Below are positions 18,981-28,893 of a DNA stretch of 64,000 bases, piece by piece. Position 1 is the stretch's first letter. Each line of letters starts with the position of its first letter. The notes below the pieces were generated by a model. The model saw nothing but the letters and a program-made list of their open reading frames with translations. It was not told the DNA's origin and made no database searches. Both the position numbers and the translations under genes were made by a program. The DNA comes from a virus (Duplodnaviria; Caudoviricetes). The stretch covers positions 32,001 to 96,000 of the IMG/VR virus record IMGVR_UViG_3300043177_000122, one strand, 5' to 3'.

Positions 18981-20056
18981 ATGAGTAAGTTAAGCATTTT
19001 TGATGATGGCAAGAAGATTGCCCAGATTACACTGATTGATAACAAGAGTTTTCTCTTTGCTAAAACATCCAGACAATGGAGTGATATGAAGAGATTATTA
19101 GACGCTGCGGAGAAATTACATGAGGCCGACTCTATTATTGATGTATTAGAGAGTCTCGTGAAGATGCTTCATAGCTTTGATTATAGTGCGGAGTTAACAT
19201 AAATAATCATCCCACATTTAATATTGGCTCAGCATATGATAAACTCTATGAAGCCAATGGTAAAAAAGAAGTTATGCTAACTGTCCAAGAAGCTGACGAA
19301 CTTCTTGATTACCTTGAATACATAAGTTGGCTAATCAATCCTCCTGAAGGTATTGAATGGTATGACTATTTACAGTTGAGGAAACATGAGTGGAACTGTA
19401 GAAAATTTTGATGGACTTTGTGGTATTATTGCTAACTTTGCACATTCTGGTAACCAATTGCGTTGCCACTATGAACTGGGACATCATGGCCCGTGTTCAT
19501 TTGAGAAATATAAAGATCACTTCAGATGTCATGCTGGTTGTTTTTCAAGACCAGACCCTGAACGTGGATTTATAGATTCTGTTTTATCTCATCAAGATAA
19601 GGAAAACAATGGTTGACGAAAATAAATTTTGGGACTTAGTTAGAAAGTGGGAATTTGATACCAAATATACTTCCTCAGCAGCTCAGGTCCTTGGCCATAC
19701 ATCTGTGGCCGCTTTAATTCAGATGGGGCCTGAAATTATTCCATTAGCACTAAAAGCTATGAAAGACAACTTCCATTTAGCATTTGTTTTACATAAGCTA
19801 ACAGGAGATTGGCCAGTAAAGGACGAGCATAAAGGAAATGGACCAGCAATCATTGCCGCCTGGCGGAAATGGGCGCATCGACACGGCTACCAAGTCTAAG
19901 ATTCGTTTAGAAGATTATACATTAGGAATAAATTCTTGTAATGCTTGGAAGGATTATCATAATCCTTATCCTAAAGAAACTGAAGAGTATGATGCTTTCT
20001 ATACTGGATTTACAGATGCGCTAGATGATCTAGTGCATGCTTGGGGGCACTACTAG
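18981..20056 (+). CDS. Run of five short hypothetical ORFs (18981, 19199 with ATA in place of ATG, 19386, 19609, 19838)
   Basis: ORF track plus the open frame 19199..19411 behind a GGAG RBS. Confidence 0.45.
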
Positions 20057-20069
20057 TTGCTGAAAAATA

Positions 20070-20105
20070 AAAACGCGAGGTATTTAACCTCGCGTTTTCG
20101 TTTTT
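20070..20105. terminator. Bidirectional terminator between convergent genes
   Basis: AAAACGCGAGG...CCTCGCGTTTT stem flanked by A and T tracts. Confidence 0.8.
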
Positions 20106-20125
20106 GATTCAGTTAAGAATGCTGA

Positions 20126-21055
20126 TTAGAGCAATGCCCAGTTAGTACCGTCCCAAGCATAGGTTCTTTCAGAGGCATGTAAGTCAGTTGCACTGAAGCC
20201 GCCGAATAGAATTACGCGACCACCATTTTGGGTATCCCAGCACATTTGCGCTCCAACCAATCCTGGAGGAGATACGGCTGGTGCAGCCTTGGTCCAGGTA
20301 GTACCATTAAACAGCCAAGTTTCTGGTAGGTAATCATAAGCATTCATACCACCAAATAAAACCCATTGGCTGTTGTCACGGTCAAATGCCATGCAAGCGC
20401 CGGTTCTAGCAGATGGAGATGCTGCTGGCCCTAATTTAGTCCAAGTAGTGCCGTTCCAGGTCCAAGTATCATTCAAACACTCACCTGCGGAGTTTGTACC
20501 ACCGAATAGAAGAGTTACAGCAGCAGAGGAGTCCATTACGTGCCCAACTCTTGCAGATGGAGTAGAAGATGGGTTCATCTTAGTCCAGGTCTGAACATAA
20601 CCGTCCCAAACCCAAGTTTCACTAAGTAGTTTGCTGTTACCACCGTAACCACCAAACATAACTACATTAGTAGAAGATGTAGTAGAGCGGCATGCCTTAG
20701 CAGAGTGACGGCCAAATGGCGGATTGACTGGAGATTTTCTAACCCAAGTAGCACCGCCCCAAGTCCAGGTATCATCTAAGCCATTACCATTAAGTCCAGA
20801 GGAGTCTTGTCCTCCGAACAACATTACATTATAACCATCATAAGCCATACACTGATTGAGACGGCCTGGTAATGGGCCGTTGGCATCGAATAAAGAAGTT
20901 CCAACGTTGGTCCAGTCAGTACCGTTCCAGGTCCATGTCTGGTTGCCAAATTCTGAGACGCCAGGGTAAGCGCCAGCATCTAGTAGAACTACTTCACTTG
21001 AGCCACGTTGTACCATAGCTGAATTTGCGCAACGAAGTGGAGTTGTAGTTGTCAT
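20126..21055 (-). CDS. Kelch/beta-propeller repeat protein
   Basis: Repeated LFGG...DTWTWNGTTW...P.AR.G units; strong RBS AAGAGGA. Confidence 0.85.
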   Translation of the reverse strand: MTTTTPLRCANSAMVQRGSSEVVLLDAGAYPGVSEFGNQTWTWNGTDWTNVGTSLFDANGPLPGRLNQCMAYDGYNVMLFGGQDSSGLNGNGLDDTWTWGGATWVRKSPVNPPFGRHSAKACRSTTSSTNVVMFGGYGGNSKLLSETWVWDGYVQTWTKMNPSSTPSARVGHVMDSSAAVTLLFGGTNSAGECLNDTWTWNGTTWTKLGPAASPSARTGACMAFDRDNSQWVLFGGMNAYDYLPETWLFNGTTWTKAAPAVSPPGLVGAQMCWDTQNGGRVILFGGFSATDLHASERTYAWDGTNWALL

Positions 21056-21149
21056 ATTATCCTCTTTAAGTGAATCAAAAACTTAAAAGCCTATTTGTAT
21101 GGCATATAAGTGATAGAATAATTTTAGCTAATTTTTAACATTTTTAGAC

Positions 21150-21178
21150 TTGACAAGTTTATTTAGTCGACTTAAGAT
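21150..21178 (+). promoter_or_regulatory. sigma70-like promoter
   Basis: TTGACA-N17-TAAGAT before the tRNA-Gly cluster. Confidence 0.6.
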
Positions 21179-21213
21179 ATTTTAGGCATAAGGTGATATA
21201 ATTATTACCGTAA

Positions 21214-21288
21214 GCGGAAGTAGCTCAATGGTAGAGTCCCTGCCTTCCAAGCAGGCTGTTGTGAGTTCGAATCTCATCTTCCGCTCCA
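21214..21288 (+). tRNA. tRNA-Gly(TCC)
   Basis: Cloverleaf, U73, CCA. Confidence 0.95.
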
Positions 21289-21298
21289 GAGTAAGTAA

Positions 21299-21988
21299 AT
21301 GTCTTATGATTATTCTCTGGTTTTAAAGTCTCTTAATGAGAATCCAAAAATTGGGTATTATATACTTGGCGTATTTATTACTGATGGTTCTGTCCGATTT
21401 AAAACAGAACATGAAGCAACTGAGTGTGCTCTTTTTTCTAGAGATGGCGATTGGATCCAACTTATTAGTGATACTTTAGGTGGCGCTACGAAGGTCATAC
21501 CAAAAGATAATGGATACAGAATTAGATTTTGGAATAAAGAAATTTTTGATTGGTTTGTAGGGCGTGGTTGTTTACCAAACAAATCTTTGAATGCTGAGTT
21601 TCCTAAAATTCCAGATCAATATCTTCCAGACTTTCTTAGGGGATGTATTGATGGTGATGGATCTATAACATATACGAGTTATAAAAAGAATGGGAGATCA
21701 TATCCTAAAGTAAACACTTACTTATGTGGCAGCTCAATTTCTTTTCTAAAAGAGTTTGAAATTATCCTTAGAGCTAGGGGTATTAATTGTTCCTTTATAG
21801 AAAAGAAAAATAAAGCGTCTCATGCAATTCAATATAAACACCCCCATTATCGTGTTGTAATGAACGACTCTAGAGCTTGTAAGTTTTTAGAGTGGATTTA
21901 TTACCCCAACCACAAACTTTCTATGCCCCGCAAAAGGGAGCTGGTAGCAAAAATATTAGGTGATAACTTGTTTAAAAACAAGGCATAA
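21299..21988 (+). mobile_element. Free-standing LAGLIDADG homing endonuclease
   Basis: Two motifs, YILGVFITDGS and FLRGCIDGDGS; lies between tRNA-Gly genes. Confidence 0.88.
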
Positions 21989-22011
21989 TGTTATATGTTT
22001 AATGAGATTAA

Positions 22012-22086
22012 GCGGATATAATTCAGTGGTAGAATGTCTGCTTGCCAAGCAGAATGTCGAGGGTTCGAGCCCCTCTATCCGCTCCA
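22012..22086 (+). tRNA. tRNA-Gly(GCC)
   Basis: Cloverleaf, U73, CCA. Confidence 0.95.
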
Positions 22087-22213
22087 AGACGAATGTAGAT
22101 AGGATTACATGGTTAATGCGGCGGGTTTTACCTGCTTAGCTAAAGATGGTTCGAGCCCATCGAATAGTTCGAAAGGACTATATAAAAATCTTATCGCCCC
22201 TTGTCGTCTATAA

Positions 22214-22288
22214 GCGGCCATCTTCTAATGGTCAAGAATTCTGGTCGCCATCCAGAGAATGTCGGTTTGATTCCGACTACCCGCTCCA
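22214..22288 (+). tRNA. Degenerate tRNA-Gly(GCC)-like gene
   Basis: Cloverleaf with C33, T loop TTTGATT and two acceptor mismatches; U73 and CCA kept. Confidence 0.6.
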
Positions 22289-22310
22289 CTAATTTTAATT
22301 TGGGATTACA

Positions 22311-22634
22311 GTGATTGAGATATGTAAGTTTTGCGGTAACGCTTTAACTAGCGATCATGAATTAGGATCTTTATTTAGATCAAAATGGACATGCGACAAG
22401 TGCAAACAATATTCAGTTGTTTGTCTGGGTAATGGATCTATAGAAACAGAAACAGAAACATTACGTTCTGGAAATTTTTATATTGTTTATATACCTGCAT
22501 ATAAAACTGCTAGCATTGTATCTACCCAGGATACAGATAAGAAAATTCTAAAGTCTTTTGACATGGACGAGTTTACCCCAGAGCAAGCCGCTCATTGGGC
22601 AAAGAAACTTAAAACATACGTTTTGTTTCAGTAA
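22311..22634 (+). CDS. Hypothetical zinc-ribbon protein
   Basis: CKFC...CDKC. Confidence 0.5.
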   Translation: MIEICKFCGNALTSDHELGSLFRSKWTCDKCKQYSVVCLGNGSIETETETLRSGNFYIVYIPAYKTASIVSTQDTDKKILKSFDMDEFTPEQAAHWAKKLKTYVLFQ

Positions 22635-22752
22635 CGTTTATGTGAAAAGATATATTAGTGGAGCAAGAGAATTACGTCCGATTTTGTAAAAATATGGACC
22701 GGCTTGACTCTCAATCTCTAGGATTTACATTGCTATAGACAAGGAATATACT

Positions 22753-23655
22753 ATGAGTAATACAGAGCTAATTAGAGAGCTAAGAGCATTGACGTCAGCA
22801 GGGATGAAAGACTGTAAGGATGCACTTGAAGAATCCAATTGGGATTTGCAAAAGGCTGTTGATATTGTTAAGGTGAAGGGCCTCAATATTGCTGACGGTC
22901 GTACTGGACGTGTAGCCTCTGAGGGGCGTGTTGGTACTGCTGATACCCAAGATGATAAGCTTTATGTAATGGCCGAAGTTAATTGTCAAACGGATTTCGT
23001 AGCTAACAGCAAAGAGTTCAGGAGTTTTACTATTCAAGTTTTATCTTCTATTATGGAGTCTCATTTGACTGGTCAGACATGGTCAGTTGATAAAGTGGAA
23101 GAACTTCGAAAAGAAATTGTATCAAAAACCAAAGAGAATGTTGTTATTCGTAGATGGTGGATTGAGGAATCTCAGTCGCCACTTGTTCGAGTTTTCTCGT
23201 ACAGGCATTCTACTAGTAAAATTGCTGTATTGGTTACACTTGTGGCCCCAAATGAAGCTGCTGCTGACTCCGCGGAGTTTAAGACTCTCGGAGAGGAGCT
23301 GGCAATGCAAATTGCTGCTATGAATCCAGTTGCAGTTGATGCCGAACGCATTCCACAAGACGAGAAGGATCGTCAAAAGGCAATTTTTGAGATGCAACTC
23401 AAAGAGGAAAATAAGCCAGAGAAAATGTGGGAAAAGATTATGGAAGGCAAGTTCCGTAAGTGGAACACAGAAGTTTGTTTGCTTGAGCAGGAGTCGGTAG
23501 TTATACCCAAGACGACTGTAAGACAAGTGATTAAGAATGTTGGAACTAAGTTGGGTGGAGAAATTCAAGTTGTGAATTTTGTTCGCTGCCAAGTTGGTGA
23601 AGGTATTGAAAAGAAACAAGACAACCTCGCTGAGGAAGTTTCTAAAATGATGTAA
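22753..23655 (+). CDS. tsf: Elongation factor Ts
   Basis: LRALTSAGMKDCKDAL, EVNCQTDFVA, LAMQIAAMNP, FVRCQVGEG; promoter TTGACT-N16-TACATT at 22704-22731. Confidence 0.97.
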   Translation: MSNTELIRELRALTSAGMKDCKDALEESNWDLQKAVDIVKVKGLNIADGRTGRVASEGRVGTADTQDDKLYVMAEVNCQTDFVANSKEFRSFTIQVLSSIMESHLTGQTWSVDKVEELRKEIVSKTKENVVIRRWWIEESQSPLVRVFSYRHSTSKIAVLVTLVAPNEAAADSAEFKTLGEELAMQIAAMNPVAVDAERIPQDEKDRQKAIFEMQLKEENKPEKMWEKIMEGKFRKWNTEVCLLEQESVVIPKTTVRQVIKNVGTKLGGEIQVVNFVRCQVGEGIEKKQDNLAEEVSKMM

Positions 23656-23730
23656 AGGTACCAATGACGAAACTGGATAAAGAAGCGGCAACTATTCAAC
23701 GATTGATTGATAATGGTAAGTTACTTGAAA

Positions 23731-23780
23731 AAAGATTTGCCCCTGTTAATTCTTGAAAGATTTGCCCCTGTTAATTCTTG
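23731..23780. repeat. 25-bp perfect tandem duplication
   Basis: aaagatttgcccctgttaattcttg x2. Confidence 0.95.
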
Positions 23781-23801
23781 AGGGTCTTGCTTTAGAAACG
23801 G

Positions 23802-25093
23802 TTGCTCATTGGCACAAGATATATAAACGGAAGGAAAAATAAGATGACTAGTGATGTAACTCAATTAATTGACAAGCTAACTAATGCTGTGTCTTTCAAA
23901 TATGCTGAGGATGCTACTTCTCCAAATGTTACCATCTCTAAGTTGCGTAAAGGATACTACTGTTCAGTAGTTCGTTATGCTAAGAGTGGTGCAACGCAGA
24001 AGAAGGTTGTTGTTTGTAATTCTAAAGCAGACAACTTGGAAGATGCAGTAAAGGGCGTAGTTACTGCTTTCTTGAAAGTAGCTCAGCCACAACTAGATCC
24101 TCTCCATGAATTGGATAAGTTAGCTAATGGATAAATCAAGCACTTTAGAAGAGTGCATGATAGCGCTCAATAAACTTCTTCACCCAGAGGACCAGGTGGA
24201 GCTTTTGAAGATGTCGAAAGATGATCTTATATCGCTTCATCATGGCCTTGGTCAGTGGATTAGAAATAATTGTGGCCTTTGGGAAGAATTGGATTTATTC
24301 CATCACATGAAATCTCTGGGATTCGTTCATCAAGACGATATGTCTCAAGCCATCATTGTTGAGTATTGGAATAGATTACATAACCAACCTTCTCAGTTAG
24401 AAGAAGATATTACTCATAGTAAAGCGTACTGGGAGGAACATGGATCGAAAGACTCTGCTTAAGGAAATGAAAGAATCGGTTGGAACACAAGAGCCAGTTG
24501 TTTTCTTTGCAAAAATGGTTGATGTATTAAATCTTTTGTTTGACCGCATCGACTCTTTAGAACAAGATGTCGCTGAAACCAAAATGAATGCCGCTCTTGC
24601 TATTCATTGGGAACCGAAAGTTGCTCGATCAATGATTACAGAACAAATTGATATACTTCGAGCTGATAAAGAGTCTTATGTAGAAGAGATCTCTGCTTTG
24701 AAAAAAGCTTTTATTGAAGATAAGGTCACACAAAACTACAGTGAATTCTGTTCCTTCTGGGAGGGAACTCTAGGCTTCCATCCATTTTTGGATTACAGAT
24801 GAAAAATACTATTGATGCATTTCACGATCTTATTGTTCATCTTCTCTTCTCTGACCGATGGAGAAATAAAGGACCAGGTAAGGTTGTAGAAAGTATGCCA
24901 GCGGAAGATCGTGAGGCCCTTTCTCAACTCAAATCTGATGATATTTCTCCTGAAAAAGCAAGAGTCGAAGACTATTGGATGATATTGCAAACGATTTTGT
25001 AGAAGTAGACAAACGCCAGTGGGCCAGCCCTTCAAAAAAAAAGATTGGTAAAAGAAAACTAGCGTTAGCAGGGTATATGTTAGACGAAACCAT
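23802..25093 (+). CDS. Run of hypothetical proteins (23802, 24127 DUF6794-like, 24440, 24799 frameshifted near 24972)
   Basis: ORF track; HHGLGQWIRNNCGLW in the 24127 ORF. Confidence 0.5.
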
Positions 25094-25167
25094 TCAGGGC
25101 TCGTCTAACGGCAGGATAGAGGACTCCGACTCTTCAGATATTGGTTCGAATCCAATGCCCTGAACCA
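25094..25167 (+). tRNA. tRNA with CCG anticodon (nominally Arg) on a Gln-like body
   Basis: TCAGGGC/GCCCTGA acceptor (U1-A72), loop CT-CCG-AC, T arm ATTGG/CCAAT, CCA; C rather than A at position 20. Confidence 0.85.
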
Positions 25168-25572
25168 ATGCTATCAAGTATTAAGTTTGATTTTCAGGCT
25201 GATAGTGCTGAAGACTTTGAAATATTCAAAGTTTTATTCATAAGAAATGCCGGCATTGCTCAGATGATATACGATTTTTATCTGGGTGACGTGTTAATAC
25301 GTTTGCAGTGCTCATCGATTAACGATTATCAGTTAGTTGGTATTGGATTTTTTCATTACTCCAAACAGGGAAACAGCGTTTCATTAGAACAATTTAATCC
25401 TCTTCAAGATATCAGGTTTACTAATTTTAATGAAATCAAACGCTTATGGTATATTACCGAAGCGTGGGCTTTCTTAAGTTACAGTCCTGAAAATGCCGAA
25501 TCATCATTTAGTATGATTCATGACGTACTAAAAATAGTCGCTAGAATCAATAATTTGAAAGCTTTTTTGTAA
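25168..25572 (+). CDS. Hypothetical protein
   Basis: ATG immediately after the tRNA CCA. Confidence 0.5.
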   Translation: MLSSIKFDFQADSAEDFEIFKVLFIRNAGIAQMIYDFYLGDVLIRLQCSSINDYQLVGIGFFHYSKQGNSVSLEQFNPLQDIRFTNFNEIKRLWYITEAWAFLSYSPENAESSFSMIHDVLKIVARINNLKAFL

Positions 25573-25573
25573 T

Positions 25574-25975
25574 ATGAAGTCAATTGGTAAACTGGTATAC
25601 GATCCAAGAACGCATTTAGCCTCTTCGGATCGCTGGCTAGTATTGATGTGTGATGACGAGATTTCACACTATTATCGTCATCTGTATACCAAGGAATATC
25701 CATATCTGAATGGTGAGAAAACTGGCAAGTTAACTCGTCCAGTGTGGGGTACACATATTTCAATCATTCGTGGAGAATATATTCCAAAATACAAATTGTG
25801 GGGTCTTAATGCTAACAAATTAGTTGAATTCACTTATGAACCAGGTGTCATAGATAATGGTGAGTATTACTGGCTAAAAGTTGTTTGTCCAGAACTTCAA
25901 GACTTGCGGGAGAAATATGGACTGCCTCGCGAACCTCGATTCGGCCTGCACTTAACTATTGGAAGAACTACATAA
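25574..25975 (+). CDS. 2H phosphoesterase (2'-5' RNA ligase-like)
   Basis: Two HxS/T motifs, THIS and LHLT. Confidence 0.75.
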   Translation: MKSIGKLVYDPRTHLASSDRWLVLMCDDEISHYYRHLYTKEYPYLNGEKTGKLTRPVWGTHISIIRGEYIPKYKLWGLNANKLVEFTYEPGVIDNGEYYWLKVVCPELQDLREKYGLPREPRFGLHLTIGRTT

Positions 25976-26379
25976 TGACCAAGAAAGAAATTATTGCTGT
26001 CATTATATTAGTTTCAGCCATCATATATCTTATATTGGAGAACTAATGGGGACATTTACCGTTCAATGTTGGGGGTGTGATTTATCAGAAACACACCCCT
26101 GGAATGGACCAGGACCAGAGCACGATGCTATGGTTGAAGAGATGAAGTCGAGAGGCTGGAAGCGTAGATCATTCTATGAATCAAGTTGGGATGAAGGCCC
26201 CTGGTTTTGTAGTGATGATTGCGCATACAGTTCGTACAATGCAGTTCAAGCAGAACAATACTGGAGAGATGAAGAATTTAGGGATTTTTGTCAGAAAACA
26301 AAGATTCCATTCTATATGTGGGTGCCTCTACTACTTGCTAGCATTCTTGCTTTCGGCGCAATATTAGGAGAGTGCTTCC

Positions 26380-27048
26380 ATGCAGGATTATAATGAATTT
26401 TACCTATACCTTATCCGTCACGGTCAAACAGCAGTAAATGCAAAAGGTGATACTGTTGGGCAAACTGCCGAGTCACCTTTAACAGAGAGGGGACAACTTC
26501 AGGCCCGCCTGCTAGGAGAGAGGTTAGCATATCAAGAGAAAGTTACTTTTGATAAAGTATTTGCTTCAAACTACGTTAGAGCACACGACACAGCCAGAAT
26601 TGTTATTGGAGATAATCAACCGATTATTGTTGCCCCTGAACTTAGAGAGTATAGCGCGGGTGACTGGACCGGTGGCACCAGAGATCAAATCTATAATGTC
26701 CCCACATTGTTACGCATGGCTGCAATGACAAACGCCTTTTTACCGCCTAATGGAGAATCGTTGCATATGGTTGAACGCCGAGCTTCAGTATGGCTCGAAG
26801 AAAACGTACTGTATAATAACTTAGTGAAAGAAGAAGCTAGTAGACGCCATGTAAAGAAGTTACCATCTCAGAATATTTTTGTTTTCTCTCATGGGATGAC
26901 AATTAAATGTTTACTTCATTATATTATGGGGTTTGATCAGAGTTTTACTTGGAAGATTACATTAGAGAATACTTCGATATCTAAGCTTTATTTTGATAAT
27001 AAAGGATGGCGCTTACTCACCATTAACGACCACGCACATTTATTATGA
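26380..27048 (+). CDS. Histidine phosphatase family protein
   Basis: RHGQT, RAHDTA, LREYSAG and FSHG. Confidence 0.9.
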   Translation: MQDYNEFYLYLIRHGQTAVNAKGDTVGQTAESPLTERGQLQARLLGERLAYQEKVTFDKVFASNYVRAHDTARIVIGDNQPIIVAPELREYSAGDWTGGTRDQIYNVPTLLRMAAMTNAFLPPNGESLHMVERRASVWLEENVLYNNLVKEEASRRHVKKLPSQNIFVFSHGMTIKCLLHYIMGFDQSFTWKITLENTSISKLYFDNKGWRLLTINDHAHLL

Positions 27049-27056
27049 GGTCACCA

Positions 27057-27574
27057 TGGGAGCCCAAGAACGAAAAAGACAGAAACGTATCAAAGAATAC
27101 GTTATTAATCGTGATGGTATGCTCTGCTGCTATTGCGATAAAGTGTTGACACCTGAAACTATCACTATGGAACATATTGTTCCAGATAGTAAACGCGGCA
27201 CTTTCAATACTACCAATCTTACCGTCTCTTGCTCAGATTGCAATAATAGACGAGGTAATAAGCCATTTTTTGATTATTGTAAGCAGTTCAATTGGCCAGA
27301 TGATAAGTTGACCAAATATAAAAAGTTATATTTCAATAATCTAAGAATCAAAGTTCTTAATATTGCAAAAGAAGAGTGTATGCAAGAAGATCAAGTAGTA
27401 CCAATCGCCATCATCAAGCATGCCTGTCAGATTCTAAAAATCAAGGGCATGGACTTCTCTGATTATGAGAAGATGTATCAGTTTGAAATTCGTTTCGATG
27501 AGAGTTGCGATAGAAAAAAAATCAAATATTGTTTTGAGCAATTGATTAGAATTATCGAATCTGATAGTGTCTGA
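27057..27574 (+). CDS. HNH endonuclease-domain protein
   Basis: RDGMLCCYC...TMEHIVP...NLTVSCSDCN. Confidence 0.85.
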
Positions 27575-27600
27575 TATATTTGCTTTATAAGGAGTTTAGT

Positions 27601-27888
27601 ATGTTGCAACCATTAAGAGATTTCATTGTCGTGACTGTAGAAAAAGTGAACGAAGAGAAGAAAGTTGGCTCGCTATACATGCCACAAACTATTGAAGAGA
27701 AGGTTACCACTGGCACAATTGTTGCTGCTGGTTCAGGTTATTTAACAGATAGCGGGACAGTAGTTCCCTTAGAAGTCAAGGCTGGTGACAAGATTCTCTT
27801 CAACAAGCAGATGTCAGTTGAAGTAAAGCATAATGGTGAGACTATGTACCTTATGCGTGAAGAGCATGTACTTAGTGTAGTGAGATAA
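27601..27888 (+). CDS. groES: Co-chaperonin GroES
   Basis: LQPLRDFIVV, GSLYMP, VKAGDKILF, YLMREEHVLSVV. Confidence 0.93.
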   Translation: MLQPLRDFIVVTVEKVNEEKKVGSLYMPQTIEEKVTTGTIVAAGSGYLTDSGTVVPLEVKAGDKILFNKQMSVEVKHNGETMYLMREEHVLSVVR

Positions 27889-27890
27889 TT

Positions 27891-28278
27891 ATGACCGATG
27901 AAGAGAAGAAACAAATAAGGGATGAGGTAATGGCGAAGGCTAGGGACTTTGGCTGAAAAAGCGGACAAAGGTCATGACGATCTAGCGGCTAAATACCCAA
28001 TTGTTACTGATAGATTAGGGGGTCGTAACATGACTTATGCTAAAGATTTAGAGATGTATGAGTATCGTATCTGGAAAGATACCGGTGGTCATCATCAGGC
28101 TTATCTAAATCGTAAATGTAATTTTGTCAAAGACTGTCCTAATCGCGCTGAATATACTCAACTTATTAGTGGGGATTTCACTGAAGGTTGTGCTTGTGAA
28201 GAACATAAAACTCTTTGGGATTATGCTAACAGTAAACTAGTCAAATTTATTTCCAATGTATTGAAACCATTCCTATGA
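27891..28278 (+). pseudogene. Hypothetical protein, frameshifted
   Basis: Extra G at 27943-27945; removal gives ...MAKAR-TLAEKADKG. Confidence 0.55.
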
Positions 28279-28893
28279 AATCTTATCCATCAATTACTGA
28301 AGAAGTTAGGCAAGATATTTATATTTATGCTTTTGATAAATTAGACGGATCTAATATACGAGCTGAATGGAATTCCAAAAAGGGTTTCTATAAATTTGGT
28401 ACCAGAACTCAACTAATGGATGAGAAGACTATGCCATTTGGACGGGCTATCCCTTTGATTCGTGAAAAATACGAAGAAGACTTGACAGCAGTTTTTAAAG
28501 AACAAGGTTGGAAAGATGCGTTGTGCTTCTTCGAATTTTGGGGTCCAAGTTCTTTTGCTGGCAACCATAATTTCGAAGAAAAAATGGACGTGACATTACT
28601 TGACGTCAATCCATATAAAGAAGGTATTTTGATGCCAACTCAGTTTATAAAACTTTTTGGCCATTTAGACATACCTAAGATTTGTTATGAAGGTTATGTT
28701 ACAACTGAGCTATTCGATAAGGTAAAGCAGTCTACTTTAGAAGGTATGACGTTTGAAGGTGTGGTTTGTAAAAGCGTAAACGATAAAGCGACCAGGATGC
28801 CTATTATGTTTAAGATTAAATCAAAAGCATGGTTAGAAAAATTGCGCGAATATTGCAAAGGTGATGAAAGATTATTTGAAAAGGTTATCATGA
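28275..28893 (+). CDS. Second RNA ligase-like nucleotidyltransferase (natural stop lost to a 1-nt insertion)
   Basis: AFDKLDGSN, FFEFWG, LLDV, EGVVCK, MFKIKS; removing one G at 28883-28884 gives FEKLS-TGA overlapping the next ATG. Confidence 0.7.

Noticed and set aside
23731-23780. Possible mini-CRISPR or iteron
   Set aside because: Two directly adjacent 25-bp copies with no spacer and no cas genes; a simple tandem duplication. No CRISPR array was found anywhere in the window
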